Part shown: in pieces, positions 8,404-18,823 of the stretch
How the letters are laid out: every line of letters begins with the position of its first letter
Numbering within the stretch: position 1 is the stretch's first letter
DNA from: Anaerolineales bacterium
GTDB taxonomy: Bacteria; Chloroflexota; Anaerolineae; Anaerolineales; Villigracilaceae
Reading direction: 5' to 3'
Assembly (NCBI GenBank): GCA_035506155.1
Contig: DATJPX010000160.1
Location: 309 to 64,308, forward strand
DNA length: 64,000 nt
Program-made: the position numbers and the translations under genes
Notes under the pieces: model-generated
Database searches by the model: none
What the model was told of the DNA's origin: nothing
What the model saw: the letters and a program-made list of their open reading frames with translations, nothing else

Positions 8404-9531
8404 TTAATCGAGCTTCTTGCTGAAGCGCAGGGCCGCCGCGCCCAGCAGGACGATGGCAAATACGATCAGGGCGATCGTCTGTGGGATGATCATCTCGATC
8501 CCCACCCCCTTGACGACGATGCTGCGCAGGATGTAAATGAAATAGGTCAGCGGGATCAGATTCCCGACCAACTGCAGAAAGACCGGCAACGATGCCACCG
8601 GGAAGATGAATCCCGAAAGCATCATGGCCGGCAGCAGGATCGGCATGGTCATCAGCTGGGCCTGCTGCTGGGTGCGGGCGAAGGTGGAGATGAGCAACCC
8701 GAGCCCCAGGGTGGGCAGCAGGTACAAGCCAGTCATGGCGAAGAGCAGCAGCAGGCTGCCCCGGATCGGGACGCCGAACCACAGCGTTCCGATCAGCAGG
8801 ATCAGGAGCATGTCCGCAAAGGAGACCAGGATATAGGGGATGATCTTGGCCACGATCAGCTCCCAGTTGCGGATCGGGGTGACGATGAGCTGTTCGATCG
8901 TGCCGCGCTCCCGCTCCCGGACGATGGAGAGGGCGGTCAGGCTGGTAGCGGTCTGGAAGAGGATCATGGCGATCAGGCCGGGGACGATGTTATAGCTGCC
9001 GAGCAAGTCGGGGTTGTAGAGCACCCGGGTGCGGACGTCCACCGGGGAGGCGCTCAGCCCGCCCGCCCCGGCCAGGGCCAGCTGCTCGAGGCGCAGGCTG
9101 GTGCCGTGGGCCTGGCCCGCCAGGGTGGCGGCCGAAAGGACGGCGCCGGCGGTGGTCGGGTCCGAGCCGTCGATCAGGACGGACACCTGGGCGGTCTGCC
9201 CGGCCAGCAAGTTCGTGTTGTAATCCGGGGGAATGATGATCCCCACCTTGGCCTTCCCGGAGGCGATCAGGTCGTTCACGTCCGCGTCCGTGGAAGCCAC
9301 GAAATCGAACGAGAAATACCCGGTCACCTGGAAGGCGTCCAGGAGGGACCGGCTGGCCTGGCTGTTGCTCTGGTCGAAGATGACCGTGGGAACGTTCCTG
9401 ACGTCGGTATTGTTGGCATACCCCAGCAGGAGCAGCTGGAGGATCGGCATGATGAAAATGAAGATCAGCGTGCGCGGATCCCGCATCATGTGCAGGATCT
9501 CTTTCTTGATCAGCGCTCGAAAACGTCTCAT
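8404..9531 (-). CDS. ABC-2 type transporter permease
   Basis: 375 aa. The N-terminus MRRFRALIKKEILHMMRDPRTLIF is typical of YbhR/YhhJ-type permeases. Large extracytoplasmic loop followed by 5 further TMs. Confidence 0.85.
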   Translation of the reverse strand: MRRFRALIKKEILHMMRDPRTLIFIFIMPILQLLLLGYANNTDVRNVPTVIFDQSNSQASRSLLDAFQVTGYFSFDFVASTDADVNDLIASGKAKVGIIIPPDYNTNLLAGQTAQVSVLIDGSDPTTAGAVLSAATLAGQAHGTSLRLEQLALAGAGGLSASPVDVRTRVLYNPDLLGSYNIVPGLIAMILFQTATSLTALSIVRERERGTIEQLIVTPIRNWELIVAKIIPYILVSFADMLLILLIGTLWFGVPIRGSLLLLFAMTGLYLLPTLGLGLLISTFARTQQQAQLMTMPILLPAMMLSGFIFPVASLPVFLQLVGNLIPLTYFIYILRSIVVKGVGIEMIIPQTIALIVFAIVLLGAAALRFSKKLD

Positions 9532-9588
9532 GGTGTGACTCCTGATTGGAAAACTGTAAAGAACCGGAATATTCGAGGGAGGAAAAAT

Positions 9589-10107
9589 CTATGCGGAGCG
9601 GTCGTCCGCCTCTTCGAAGGCAGTCAGGACCTTGTTCAAAAGCGAGAGGAAGACCTCCCGCTCGCCGGAGGTAAACTGGCTCATGGCTTGTTCGACCTTG
9701 GCAAGCATGAAGGTGCTCATCGCCCGGTAGGCTTCTTTTCCTGAGTCGGTCAGCTCCACCAGGACGATGCGACGGTCCTTCGGGTCGGGCAGCCGTTGGG
9801 CGTAGCCGTTGTTGACCAGCCAGTCCACGGTGCGGGTGGCCGTGCTGAGCGGCACTTCCAGCTCGCGGCTGAGCTCGCCCATGCTAACCGGGCCGTCGTG
9901 GCCGGAGATGACGCTGCCCGCGCTATAGAAGAGGCCGCCGTCGGTGGCTCCCGCGCCCTTGCCGGACAGGTTCGACTCGCGGAACTGGTTCCTTAGCGTG
10001 GCAATATTTTCGGGAACGACCACCTTGAAGCGGTTCTTCAGGCGGATGATCCGCTGGAGCAATTCAACCGCTTCGGGCGAGACGGGGGATGGGGAAGAAG
10101 TGGGCAT
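9589..10107 (-). CDS. MarR family transcriptional regulator
   Basis: Winged-helix core LSRELEVPLSTATRTVDWLVNNGYAQRLPDPKDRRIVLVELT. First gene of the ABC-2 operon. Confidence 0.85.
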   Translation of the reverse strand: MPTSSPSPVSPEAVELLQRIIRLKNRFKVVVPENIATLRNQFRESNLSGKGAGATDGGLFYSAGSVISGHDGPVSMGELSRELEVPLSTATRTVDWLVNNGYAQRLPDPKDRRIVLVELTDSGKEAYRAMSTFMLAKVEQAMSQFTSGEREVFLSLLNKVLTAFEEADDRSA

Positions 10108-10158
10108 AAGGTTTCAACCTGGGATATTTCCAAACAAAAATACTTCCAGAGCGGAAGC

Positions 10159-10187
10159 ATTTTACCCGCGTGGCTCCCCCCTGTCAA
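10159..10187 (-). promoter_or_regulatory. promoter of the marR/ABC-2 operon: TTGACA (rc 10182-10187), 17 bp, TAAAAT (rc 10159-10164)
   Basis: Hexamers read on the minus strand, about 50 nt upstream of the MarR ATG. A short inverted repeat cttcc-N5-ggaag (10144-10158) lies just downstream of the -10. Confidence 0.45.
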
Positions 10188-10255
10188 TGCACGCCGGGCC
10201 CTGGGAGGAGATTGTTGTGATTCTGCAATTTTCCCGTCCGGCCGCATTTAAAGAA

Positions 10256-10282
10256 CAAGGCCGGAGGGATTCTCCGGCCTTG
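10256..10282 (-). terminator. intrinsic terminator after the ABC exporter pair
   Basis: 11-bp stem caaggccggag / ctccggccttg with a 5-nt loop. On the minus strand it is followed by TTCTTTAAA. Confidence 0.55.
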
Positions 10283-10289
10283 CTGCGGT

Positions 10290-12359
<2,070 letters not shown>

Positions 12360-12396
12360 AAATGATCTCCTAATTTATCCCGTAAAAAACTTGCGG

Positions 12397-14337
12397 CTAG
12401 GCCGCTTCGATATCCGAAGTGACATCCCCGACCAGCTGGGAGTTGTAGATCTCGGCGTAGATCTCGCTATCCTCCATCAACTCCTTGTGGGTGCCCCGGG
12501 CGACCACTTCGCCCTTATCCATCACCAGGATCAGGTCGGCGTTCATCACCGTGCTGATGCGCTGGGCGATGACGAACGAGGTCCGCCCCTTCATCAGCTT
12601 GTCGAGGGCCCCCTGGATCTGGGCTTCGGTCGAAAGGTCGACCGAGCTGGTCGAGTCGTCCAGGATGAGAATATGCGGGTCGAGCAGCAGGGCCCGGGCG
12701 ATGGCGATGCGTTGTTTCTGTCCGCCGCTCAGGGTGGTGCCGCGCTCGCCCACCCGCGTGTCGTAGCCGTCCGGGAATTCCATGATGAAGTCGTGGGCGG
12801 CGGCAGCCTTGGCGGCTGCCTCGATGTCCGCCTGGGTGGCGTCGGGCTTGCCGAAGGCGATGTTGTCCCGGATCACCCCCTGGAAGAGGGTCGTCTCCTG
12901 CAGAACGATCCCGATCTGGGCCCGCAGGGACTGCAGGCTGACCTCCCGCAGGTCGTGGCCGTCGATCGTGATGCGGCCCTCGGTCGGATCGTAAAAACGA
13001 GGCAGCAGGTTGATGATGGTCGTCTTGCCCGAGCCGGTCGCGCCCAGCAGGGCCACCGTCTGGCCCGGTTTGGTCTCGAAGCTGACGTTCTTCAGGACCG
13101 GGTCCCCGCCGCCGAAGTAGCGGAAGGTCACGTCCTCGAACTTGATGTTCCCATGAACAGGCGGCAGCGGGATCGCCTCGGGGCTGTCGGTCACGTCGCT
13201 CTTGGCGTCCAGGATCTCGAAGATGCGGGTCGCCGAGGCGGAAGCCTGGCTGAACTGGGTGATGATGAAACCGAATTGGGCGATCGGTAGGAACATGAAG
13301 ATCAGGTACAGGCTGAACTCCTGCCAGTCCCCGATCGTCAGCGTGCCATGGATGATCTGGATGCCGCCGGCGTATAGGGTGGTCGCCTGCCCCAGGTTGG
13401 CGACCAGGAAGATCACCGGGATGAGGAAGGCAAAGACCCGGGCGATGACGATCTGCTGACCCATCAGCAGGTCCGCCTGGTCCTTGAACTTATCCTGCTC
13501 GCTCTTCTCGCGGGTGAAGGCCTTGACCACCTTGATCCCGGCCATGTTTTCCTGCAGGGTGGTATTCAGGATGGAAAGCTTCTGCTGGACCTTGGTGAAG
13601 AGCGGCCGGGCCAGCCCACCGAAGACGAAGAACAGGGCCAGTGCCACCGGCAGGATCCAGAGCGTCACCACCGCCAGCTTGGCGTTGGTCGAAAAGATGA
13701 TGATCAGGGTGCCCGCCAGCAGGATGAATGCCCCGACCAGTTGGATCAGGCCCTGGCCAATGAACAGGCGCACCTTCTCCACGTCGTCCGTGGCGCGGAT
13801 CATCAACTGGCCGGTCTGGTTGCGGTCGTGGTAGGAGAACGACAGGCGCTGGATCTTGGCAAACAGGTCGTTGCGCAGGTCGAAGGCGACGGCCTGCGAA
13901 TTCTTCTCCGCCCAGTAGGCCTGCAGGAAGGCAAAGACGCCGAAGACGATCCCGAAAACGACCAGGATGATCCCGCCCCAGACCAGGTCATGGGGAGCGT
14001 TGGTCTGGGTGGCGGTCAGTTTCGTCGTCAGCTGGTCGGCCGTCCAGGTGGATGGGTAATTGAGGAAACCCAGGATCTTCGGCAGGGCCTGGGCGACGAA
14101 CGGGGCGGGAATTTGCGGGAGCACGTCCAGGATCGTTTTGGCGACGACCCCGTTCGTGACGGCGTTGATGATGTTTGCCACCAGGCGAGGCACTTCGAGC
14201 TGGGCCAGTGTGGCGATGAGCAGGAAAACGTAAGGCAGGGCTGCCTGGCCCTTGTAGTTCCACAGGTAGCGGGCGGCCCGGGTAATGCTGCCCGACTGGG
14301 CTGCCGGGCGATCTTTTATGGAGCGGCGATGGTTCAA
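12397..14337 (-). CDS. ABC exporter, fused permease/ATPase (heterodimer partner)
   Basis: 646 aa. GATGSGKTT, LSGGQKQRI, ILILDDSTSSVD. Apparent TTG start (rc of 14335-14337) with AAAGGA upstream. Confidence 0.85.
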   Translation of the reverse strand: MNHRRSIKDRPAAQSGSITRAARYLWNYKGQAALPYVFLLIATLAQLEVPRLVANIINAVTNGVVAKTILDVLPQIPAPFVAQALPKILGFLNYPSTWTADQLTTKLTATQTNAPHDLVWGGIILVVFGIVFGVFAFLQAYWAEKNSQAVAFDLRNDLFAKIQRLSFSYHDRNQTGQLMIRATDDVEKVRLFIGQGLIQLVGAFILLAGTLIIIFSTNAKLAVVTLWILPVALALFFVFGGLARPLFTKVQQKLSILNTTLQENMAGIKVVKAFTREKSEQDKFKDQADLLMGQQIVIARVFAFLIPVIFLVANLGQATTLYAGGIQIIHGTLTIGDWQEFSLYLIFMFLPIAQFGFIITQFSQASASATRIFEILDAKSDVTDSPEAIPLPPVHGNIKFEDVTFRYFGGGDPVLKNVSFETKPGQTVALLGATGSGKTTIINLLPRFYDPTEGRITIDGHDLREVSLQSLRAQIGIVLQETTLFQGVIRDNIAFGKPDATQADIEAAAKAAAAHDFIMEFPDGYDTRVGERGTTLSGGQKQRIAIARALLLDPHILILDDSTSSVDLSTEAQIQGALDKLMKGRTSFVIAQRISTVMNADLILVMDKGEVVARGTHKELMEDSEIYAEIYNSQLVGDVTSDIEAA

Positions 14338-14371
14338 GGCAAGAATCCTTTCGACGATAAAAATCTGGAGA

Positions 14372-14815
14372 TCAATCCTGGATCTTCCGGGCGGCTTCGG
14401 TCAATACCTGCAGCGCCTTCGAGATGTCGTCCCGCTGTTCGGGCGTCAGCGAGTTGGTGAATTTCTCCATCCACTTGCGCCGGGTATCGACCAGCGTCTC
14501 GGCCAGGGCGTGTCCCGCGGGGGTCAAGGTGAGCCGCTTTATCCGCCGGTCGGCCAGGTCCTCGGTCCGCTCGAGCAGCCCCAGCCGGACGAGATGGTCC
14601 ACAAGCTGGCTGGCGGCGGCGGTCGTCACGCCCATCTGCGCCCCGATCTCGGACACATCTGCCTGTCCCGTGAAATGCAGTCGCATGAGGGTATTCACCT
14701 GGGAGAACGACAGCCCGGAGTCGTCCATGAAATGCTTGTATTCCTGCCCAGTCCGGCGCATGAAAACCTTGAGCCATTCGTGCAGGACCTCGGAAAATTG
14801 TTCAGCGGACGACAT
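14372..14815 (-). CDS. MarR family transcriptional regulator
   Basis: 147 aa. LSFSQVNTLMRL...VSEIGAQMGVTTAAASQLVDHLVRLGLLERTEDLADRRIKRLTLT. Confidence 0.85.
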   Translation of the reverse strand: MSSAEQFSEVLHEWLKVFMRRTGQEYKHFMDDSGLSFSQVNTLMRLHFTGQADVSEIGAQMGVTTAAASQLVDHLVRLGLLERTEDLADRRIKRLTLTPAGHALAETLVDTRRKWMEKFTNSLTPEQRDDISKALQVLTEAARKIQD

Positions 14816-14841
14816 AATTAATCTCCAAAACTAGTTAATTG

Positions 14842-14876
14842 TTGTTATATATAACAAATTTTGTCCGATTTGTCAA
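14842..14876 (-). promoter_or_regulatory. marR/ABC-exporter promoter with an overlapping perfect 16-bp palindrome (putative MarR operator)
   Basis: On the minus strand: TTGACA (rc 14871-14876), 17 bp, TATATA (rc 14848-14853). The palindrome ttgttatatataacaa (14842-14857) covers the -10. Confidence 0.55.
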
Positions 14877-14955
14877 ATAATACCAATCCAGTCAGTTTAT
14901 CGCTGGGGGCAATTGGAGCCGGGAAAATAGATGGGGTTTTAGCTGAAATAAGTTA

Positions 14956-14983
14956 TTGACACGTAACCTCTTCGCGGTATAAT
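14956..14983 (+). promoter_or_regulatory. tRNA-Lys promoter: TTGACA (14956-14961), 16 bp, TATAAT (14978-14983)
   Basis: Perfect hexamers about 40 nt upstream of the tRNA 5' end. Confidence 0.55.
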
Positions 14984-15022
14984 ACCGCCCGCGCAGCAAA
15001 TGATTTTCCAGTACCTTTTCTT

Positions 15023-15094
15023 GGCCGACTAGCTCAATGGCAGAGCAACTGACTCTTAATCAGTGGGTTCAGGGTTCAAGTCCCTGGTCGGTCA
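15023..15094 (+). tRNA. tRNA-Lys (anticodon CUU); CCA not encoded
   Basis: Hand-folded cloverleaf. Acceptor GGCCGAC/GUCGGUC (one G-U). D arm GCUC/GAGC. Anticodon stem ACUGA/UCAGU with loop CU-CUU-AA. T arm CAGGG-UUCAAGU-CCCUG. Discriminator A. Confidence 0.9.
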
Positions 15095-15202
15095 CTAAAG
15101 TCCTCGTCTCGAGGACTTTTTGATTCGGTTCGAGGTTTCCCCATTGGGGGACTCTGCAAGTTCCTGGTCGGTCACTAAAGTCATCGCCTCGAGGACTTTT
15201 TG
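15077..15202 (+). repeat. tandem direct duplication (46 nt, 43/46 identical, 80-bp offset) of the tRNA-Lys 3' end plus its terminator hairpin
   Basis: Copy 1 (15077-15122): caagtccctggtcggtcactaaagtcctcgtctcgaggactttttg. Copy 2 (15157-15202): caagttcctggtcggtcactaaagtcatcgcctcgaggactttttg. Confidence 0.85.
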
Positions 15203-15401
15203 TTTGGGCCCAGTCCTTGTCGAGAAGGGGATTTCATCCCTACAAAGCCCAAACAACCCGCCGACAAGTCTGTGAGTTTCAGCCCATTGCGCGGCCGGTT
15301 CGCCGGCGCGATAATTACCACCAACCGAACCCCGGGGATGGAAGGCGGCAAGCCGAAGGAGGCTTGATTGAATACAAAGCGCTGGATCAGAGGGGACTGA
15401 C

Positions 15402-16589
15402 ATGGAAGAGATCACCTTCTCGATCTTCAATCACGGTCAGGCAGCCCTGGGCGGCCTCCAGGCGCTCCTCCGGGAGTTCGAGCGGCAGCATAAGATCCAC
15501 GTCCACCTGGACATGATCCCCACCTGGAGCATCGGCTGGACCAGGCTGGTCCAGGCTGCCATCTATCACAACGGCCCGGACGTCTCGGAAGTGGGCAACA
15601 CCTGGACCGGGGACTTCGCCCGCATGGAAGCCCTGCGCCCGTTCGAGTCCGAAGAAATCGGCCGGATCAGCCAGGGCGGGCAGTATATCGAGAATGTCTG
15701 GGTTGGCGGAAGCCGGAACGAAAACAATTCGGGGGAGATCTTTGCCATCCCCTGGTCAGGCGACACCCGGGTGGTGTTCTACTATCGCGATATTTTGGAA
15801 AAAGCCGGGATCGATGAAGCCGGGGCATTCAAGGATTTCGACCGTTTCGAACAGACCCTGGCAAAACTCCAGGCGCAATCATCCGCCATCCCGCTGACCC
15901 TGCCGACCCGTCATTCCCACCTGACCATCCATAACATCGCTTCTTGGGTATGGGGGGCAGGCGGCGATTTTTTAACCCCCGATGGGACCGGTCTGGCATT
16001 CACTACGCCCGAGGCGATGGAAGGCTGCAAGCGCTATTTCCGCCTCCGGCGCTTCCTCAGCGCAGAAGATCACGGCATGGAGGAAAGCCAATCCAACGAC
16101 GAGTTCTGGTCCGGGAAGGCCGCCGTCAGTTTGACCGGATACTGGGTGCTGTCCGATGAAAACACCACCCCCGAGGTCCGCGGCCGGCTCGGGGCCGCGC
16201 CCGCGCCGGGCGTCCCCTTTGTCGGCGGCCACGACCTGGTCGTCTGGAACCACACCAGCCATCCCGCCGCCAGCCTCGAATTGATCCGCTTCCTGCATAG
16301 CGACGAAGTAGGCAGGGTGATCTATCCGTCTTGCGGCCTGCCGATCAGCGAAAACGGTTGGGCGAACCCGCCCTTCGATTCGGGGCTCTTCCCCGTATTC
16401 AAGGAAGCCCTGCAAAAAGGGCGTGGCTTCAAAGGCCGGCTATGGGGGATGCTCGAGAAACGCCTGGCCGACGTTTATGCGGACATCTGGGAGGAAATCA
16501 TCCGGCAGCCGGAAGAGCGTCTCGACATCATCATCGAGACGCACCTGAATGAGCTGGCCAGGCACATGCAATTATCCATGGGAGCGTGA
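15402..16589 (+). CDS. family-1 extracellular solute-binding protein homologue lacking any signal peptide or lipobox
   Basis: 395 aa. Starts directly in the mature-domain-like segment ITFSIFNHG..., then WSGDTRVVFYYRDILEKAGI. An in-frame TGA at 15369-15371 prevents any upstream extension. No permease or ATPase genes are adjacent. Confidence 0.7.
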   Translation: MEEITFSIFNHGQAALGGLQALLREFERQHKIHVHLDMIPTWSIGWTRLVQAAIYHNGPDVSEVGNTWTGDFARMEALRPFESEEIGRISQGGQYIENVWVGGSRNENNSGEIFAIPWSGDTRVVFYYRDILEKAGIDEAGAFKDFDRFEQTLAKLQAQSSAIPLTLPTRHSHLTIHNIASWVWGAGGDFLTPDGTGLAFTTPEAMEGCKRYFRLRRFLSAEDHGMEESQSNDEFWSGKAAVSLTGYWVLSDENTTPEVRGRLGAAPAPGVPFVGGHDLVVWNHTSHPAASLELIRFLHSDEVGRVIYPSCGLPISENGWANPPFDSGLFPVFKEALQKGRGFKGRLWGMLEKRLADVYADIWEEIIRQPEERLDIIIETHLNELARHMQLSMGA

Positions 16590-16614
16590 TCCCGGGCAGG
16601 AAGGCAAGAATGAC

Positions 16615-16654
16615 TGCCGGCGGCGTTTCAAGCGCCGCCGGCAATTCATTTTTT
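16615..16654. terminator. intrinsic terminator between convergent genes
   Basis: 11-bp GC stem tgccggcggcg / cgccgccggca with a 7-nt loop, followed by attcatttttt. Confidence 0.7.
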
Positions 16655-16677
16655 CGTATTCCCCTTTCAGGACAGGC

Positions 16678-18654
16678 TCATTTTTCCCATTCGACCGTCG
16701 CCCAGTGGACTGGATGGTCGCTGGCGGATGCCGGCGGCGGCAGATAGGTCGGGTTGTGAATGGTCAGATCGGGGGACACAAAAATGTGGTCGATCCTGCC
16801 AGACATATCCGTCCCGTCCGGGCCGATCTTCGTCGGGTAGACGGTCAGCCAGGCTTCGTCATAGACGGCTGCAACCAGTTGGTAAGCCGCTTCGGTATCC
16901 CGCAAATTGAAGTCACCCAGGATGATGACATTCTTCACGCCCTCCGTGCGGTCCACCAGGCTGCGGGCGAAGGCCAGTTTGGCCGTATCCGAGCCGTCCG
17001 GATGGACATCATGGATGGAGAAGGTCTGCCCCCCTACCTCGATCTCGGCCTCGGCGGTGCCGATCTCGTCCCTGTCGCTGAAGGTAAAAACCGACCGGCT
17101 GTTCCGCAGCGGATAGCGTGACAGGATGGCCGTCCCAAATGTTCCGGTCACCGTCGCCGGACCGTAGTAGGAATAATAGCCTAGCTTCCCGGCAAAATAG
17201 CGAACGTAGTCGTCGTTGTTGAGGGAGAGGCGGGCCGTATCCGATTCCTGCAAGGCGACCAGGTCGGGTGAGGCCTGGCGGATCACGGCCAACTGACGGT
17301 CGTAGGAGCGCTCACCGGCCGCATCGTTGCCCGCCTGGATGTTGTAGGTCAGGACCAGCAAGGAGGTCTTGTCCGGGTTCCCGGGACGCGGCCGGTCCGT
17401 CAGCAAGGCAGCCACGGCAGTGACCAGGAATACCGCAGCAAGGGGAACCGTCCAGCCGAGCAGGGCCATTCCTCTCAATCCTACGCTCACATCTTCCCCT
17501 TCGGATTTCCTGCCGGTCGCCAACCAGGTAAGCAACCCGGCGGCGAGCAGGAAGGGCAGCCAGAACAGGTTGCGGAAGGGCGTGCTGACCGGGGCGATAT
17601 AGCCCCACACATTGGTGAAGACGTTGATGAACACCAGCACCACCAGGGCCAGGCTCCCCAGAAGCATCCCAGGGACGAGCTCCCGGGGCGTCGGGCGGGC
17701 CTGGGCGATCCGTCCGAAGAACAGGCGGAAGTCCACGAAGAGGGCCGGGAAGAGCAGGAGCATCAGGACCAGCGGGATCTGCTGGAACCAGGCCGGCGTT
17801 CCAACGATCACGGCCGGGGAGGCCGGCGTTGGCGGGAAGGAGGCGCGGTGGGCCAGGATCGTCCCAACCAGGCTCAGGGTGAAGAGCCCATTCCAGAGAG
17901 CCAGCCCGCGGCGCGACAGGCGGCCCACTACCCCCGGCCGGCCCAGGGCCAGGACGGCCCAGCCGGCGGAGAGCAGGCTGACCGCGCCCACGATCGGCGC
18001 GTAACCGGCCTCCGTCCAGCGGGCGATCACCGCCGGGGCCGAGAAGGCAAAGTAGACCAGGGTCAGGACCAGGAAGATCCCAAGAACCGGCAGGGTGACG
18101 GCCGGTCGGCCTGGCCGGGGCGAATCATCAGGCGTCCAATTCAACTGCGTCAGCGTCCAGGCAAAGACCAGGCCCAGCCCCCAGCCGATCCAGGCCCCGG
18201 AAGGCGTGAGGGAGGCATCCAGGCTGTAGTCCAGCGTGCGCAGCAGCACGGACAGCCCCACCGCCGCCGCCAACCCGACGGAGGCGGGGAGGCCAGTGTG
18301 CGGCCCGGCGCTCCCCTTCGCCCGGGCCGTAGCCAGGAAGGGGAAGAGCAGCAGCGCCGCCCCGGTTCCGATCCCGGAGGCGAGCAGGCGGCCGAAGGTG
18401 GGGAGGGACGGCGTCAGGCCCCGGGCGAGGAACAGGGCGGCAAACAATAGCCAGGCCGTCCAGGCCGGAAATTTTCGCCGGAAGGGCATCAGCAGGGCAG
18501 GCGCGAAGAACAACAACACCCCCAGGGCTTTGGCATCCAGGCTTGTGTTCATCAGGTCCAGGATGTAAATGGACTCGAGCAGGCTGCCAGCCAATTGTAT
18601 GAAAAACAGGAAGAAGAGCGCAAAAGCCAACACGAGCGGAAGTATTCTTTTCAT
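16678..18654 (-). CDS. polytopic membrane protein with C-terminal endonuclease/exonuclease/phosphatase (EEP) domain
   Basis: 658 aa. About 400 aa of repeated hydrophobic helices, then LLVLTYNIQAGND...SPDLVALQESD...VIILGDFN...IDHIFVS...ASDHPVHWATV, which are EEP catalytic motifs. Confidence 0.75.
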   Translation of the reverse strand: MKRILPLVLAFALFFLFFIQLAGSLLESIYILDLMNTSLDAKALGVLLFFAPALLMPFRRKFPAWTAWLLFAALFLARGLTPSLPTFGRLLASGIGTGAALLLFPFLATARAKGSAGPHTGLPASVGLAAAVGLSVLLRTLDYSLDASLTPSGAWIGWGLGLVFAWTLTQLNWTPDDSPRPGRPAVTLPVLGIFLVLTLVYFAFSAPAVIARWTEAGYAPIVGAVSLLSAGWAVLALGRPGVVGRLSRRGLALWNGLFTLSLVGTILAHRASFPPTPASPAVIVGTPAWFQQIPLVLMLLLFPALFVDFRLFFGRIAQARPTPRELVPGMLLGSLALVVLVFINVFTNVWGYIAPVSTPFRNLFWLPFLLAAGLLTWLATGRKSEGEDVSVGLRGMALLGWTVPLAAVFLVTAVAALLTDRPRPGNPDKTSLLVLTYNIQAGNDAAGERSYDRQLAVIRQASPDLVALQESDTARLSLNNDDYVRYFAGKLGYYSYYGPATVTGTFGTAILSRYPLRNSRSVFTFSDRDEIGTAEAEIEVGGQTFSIHDVHPDGSDTAKLAFARSLVDRTEGVKNVIILGDFNLRDTEAAYQLVAAVYDEAWLTVYPTKIGPDGTDMSGRIDHIFVSPDLTIHNPTYLPPPASASDHPVHWATVEWEK

Positions 18655-18823
18655 CGAAATCCTCCGGAAGTAGAGTACGGGATCATTCGATAGAACACTT
18701 CCGATGCAAGGAAGTGACTCCCCAGGGCAGCTCCCCGGAAAATTTAGCCGACTTCCTCTGTCTTTTCAGTTTTGGCTCCCGGCATCTTGGAGGTATTCGA
18801 TCAGCCGCGGCGAGGCAGGGAAA

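Noticed and set aside
7975-9744. 589-aa plus-strand ORF
   Set aside because: It is antisense to the HlyD and ABC-2 permease genes. It has low-complexity Asp/Gly/Gln/Arg content and no start-site support.
15123-15156. T-loop-like GGTTCGAGG between the two tRNA-end copies, as a possible second tRNA
   Set aside because: No acceptor, D or anticodon arms can be folded around it, so it is not a tRNA.
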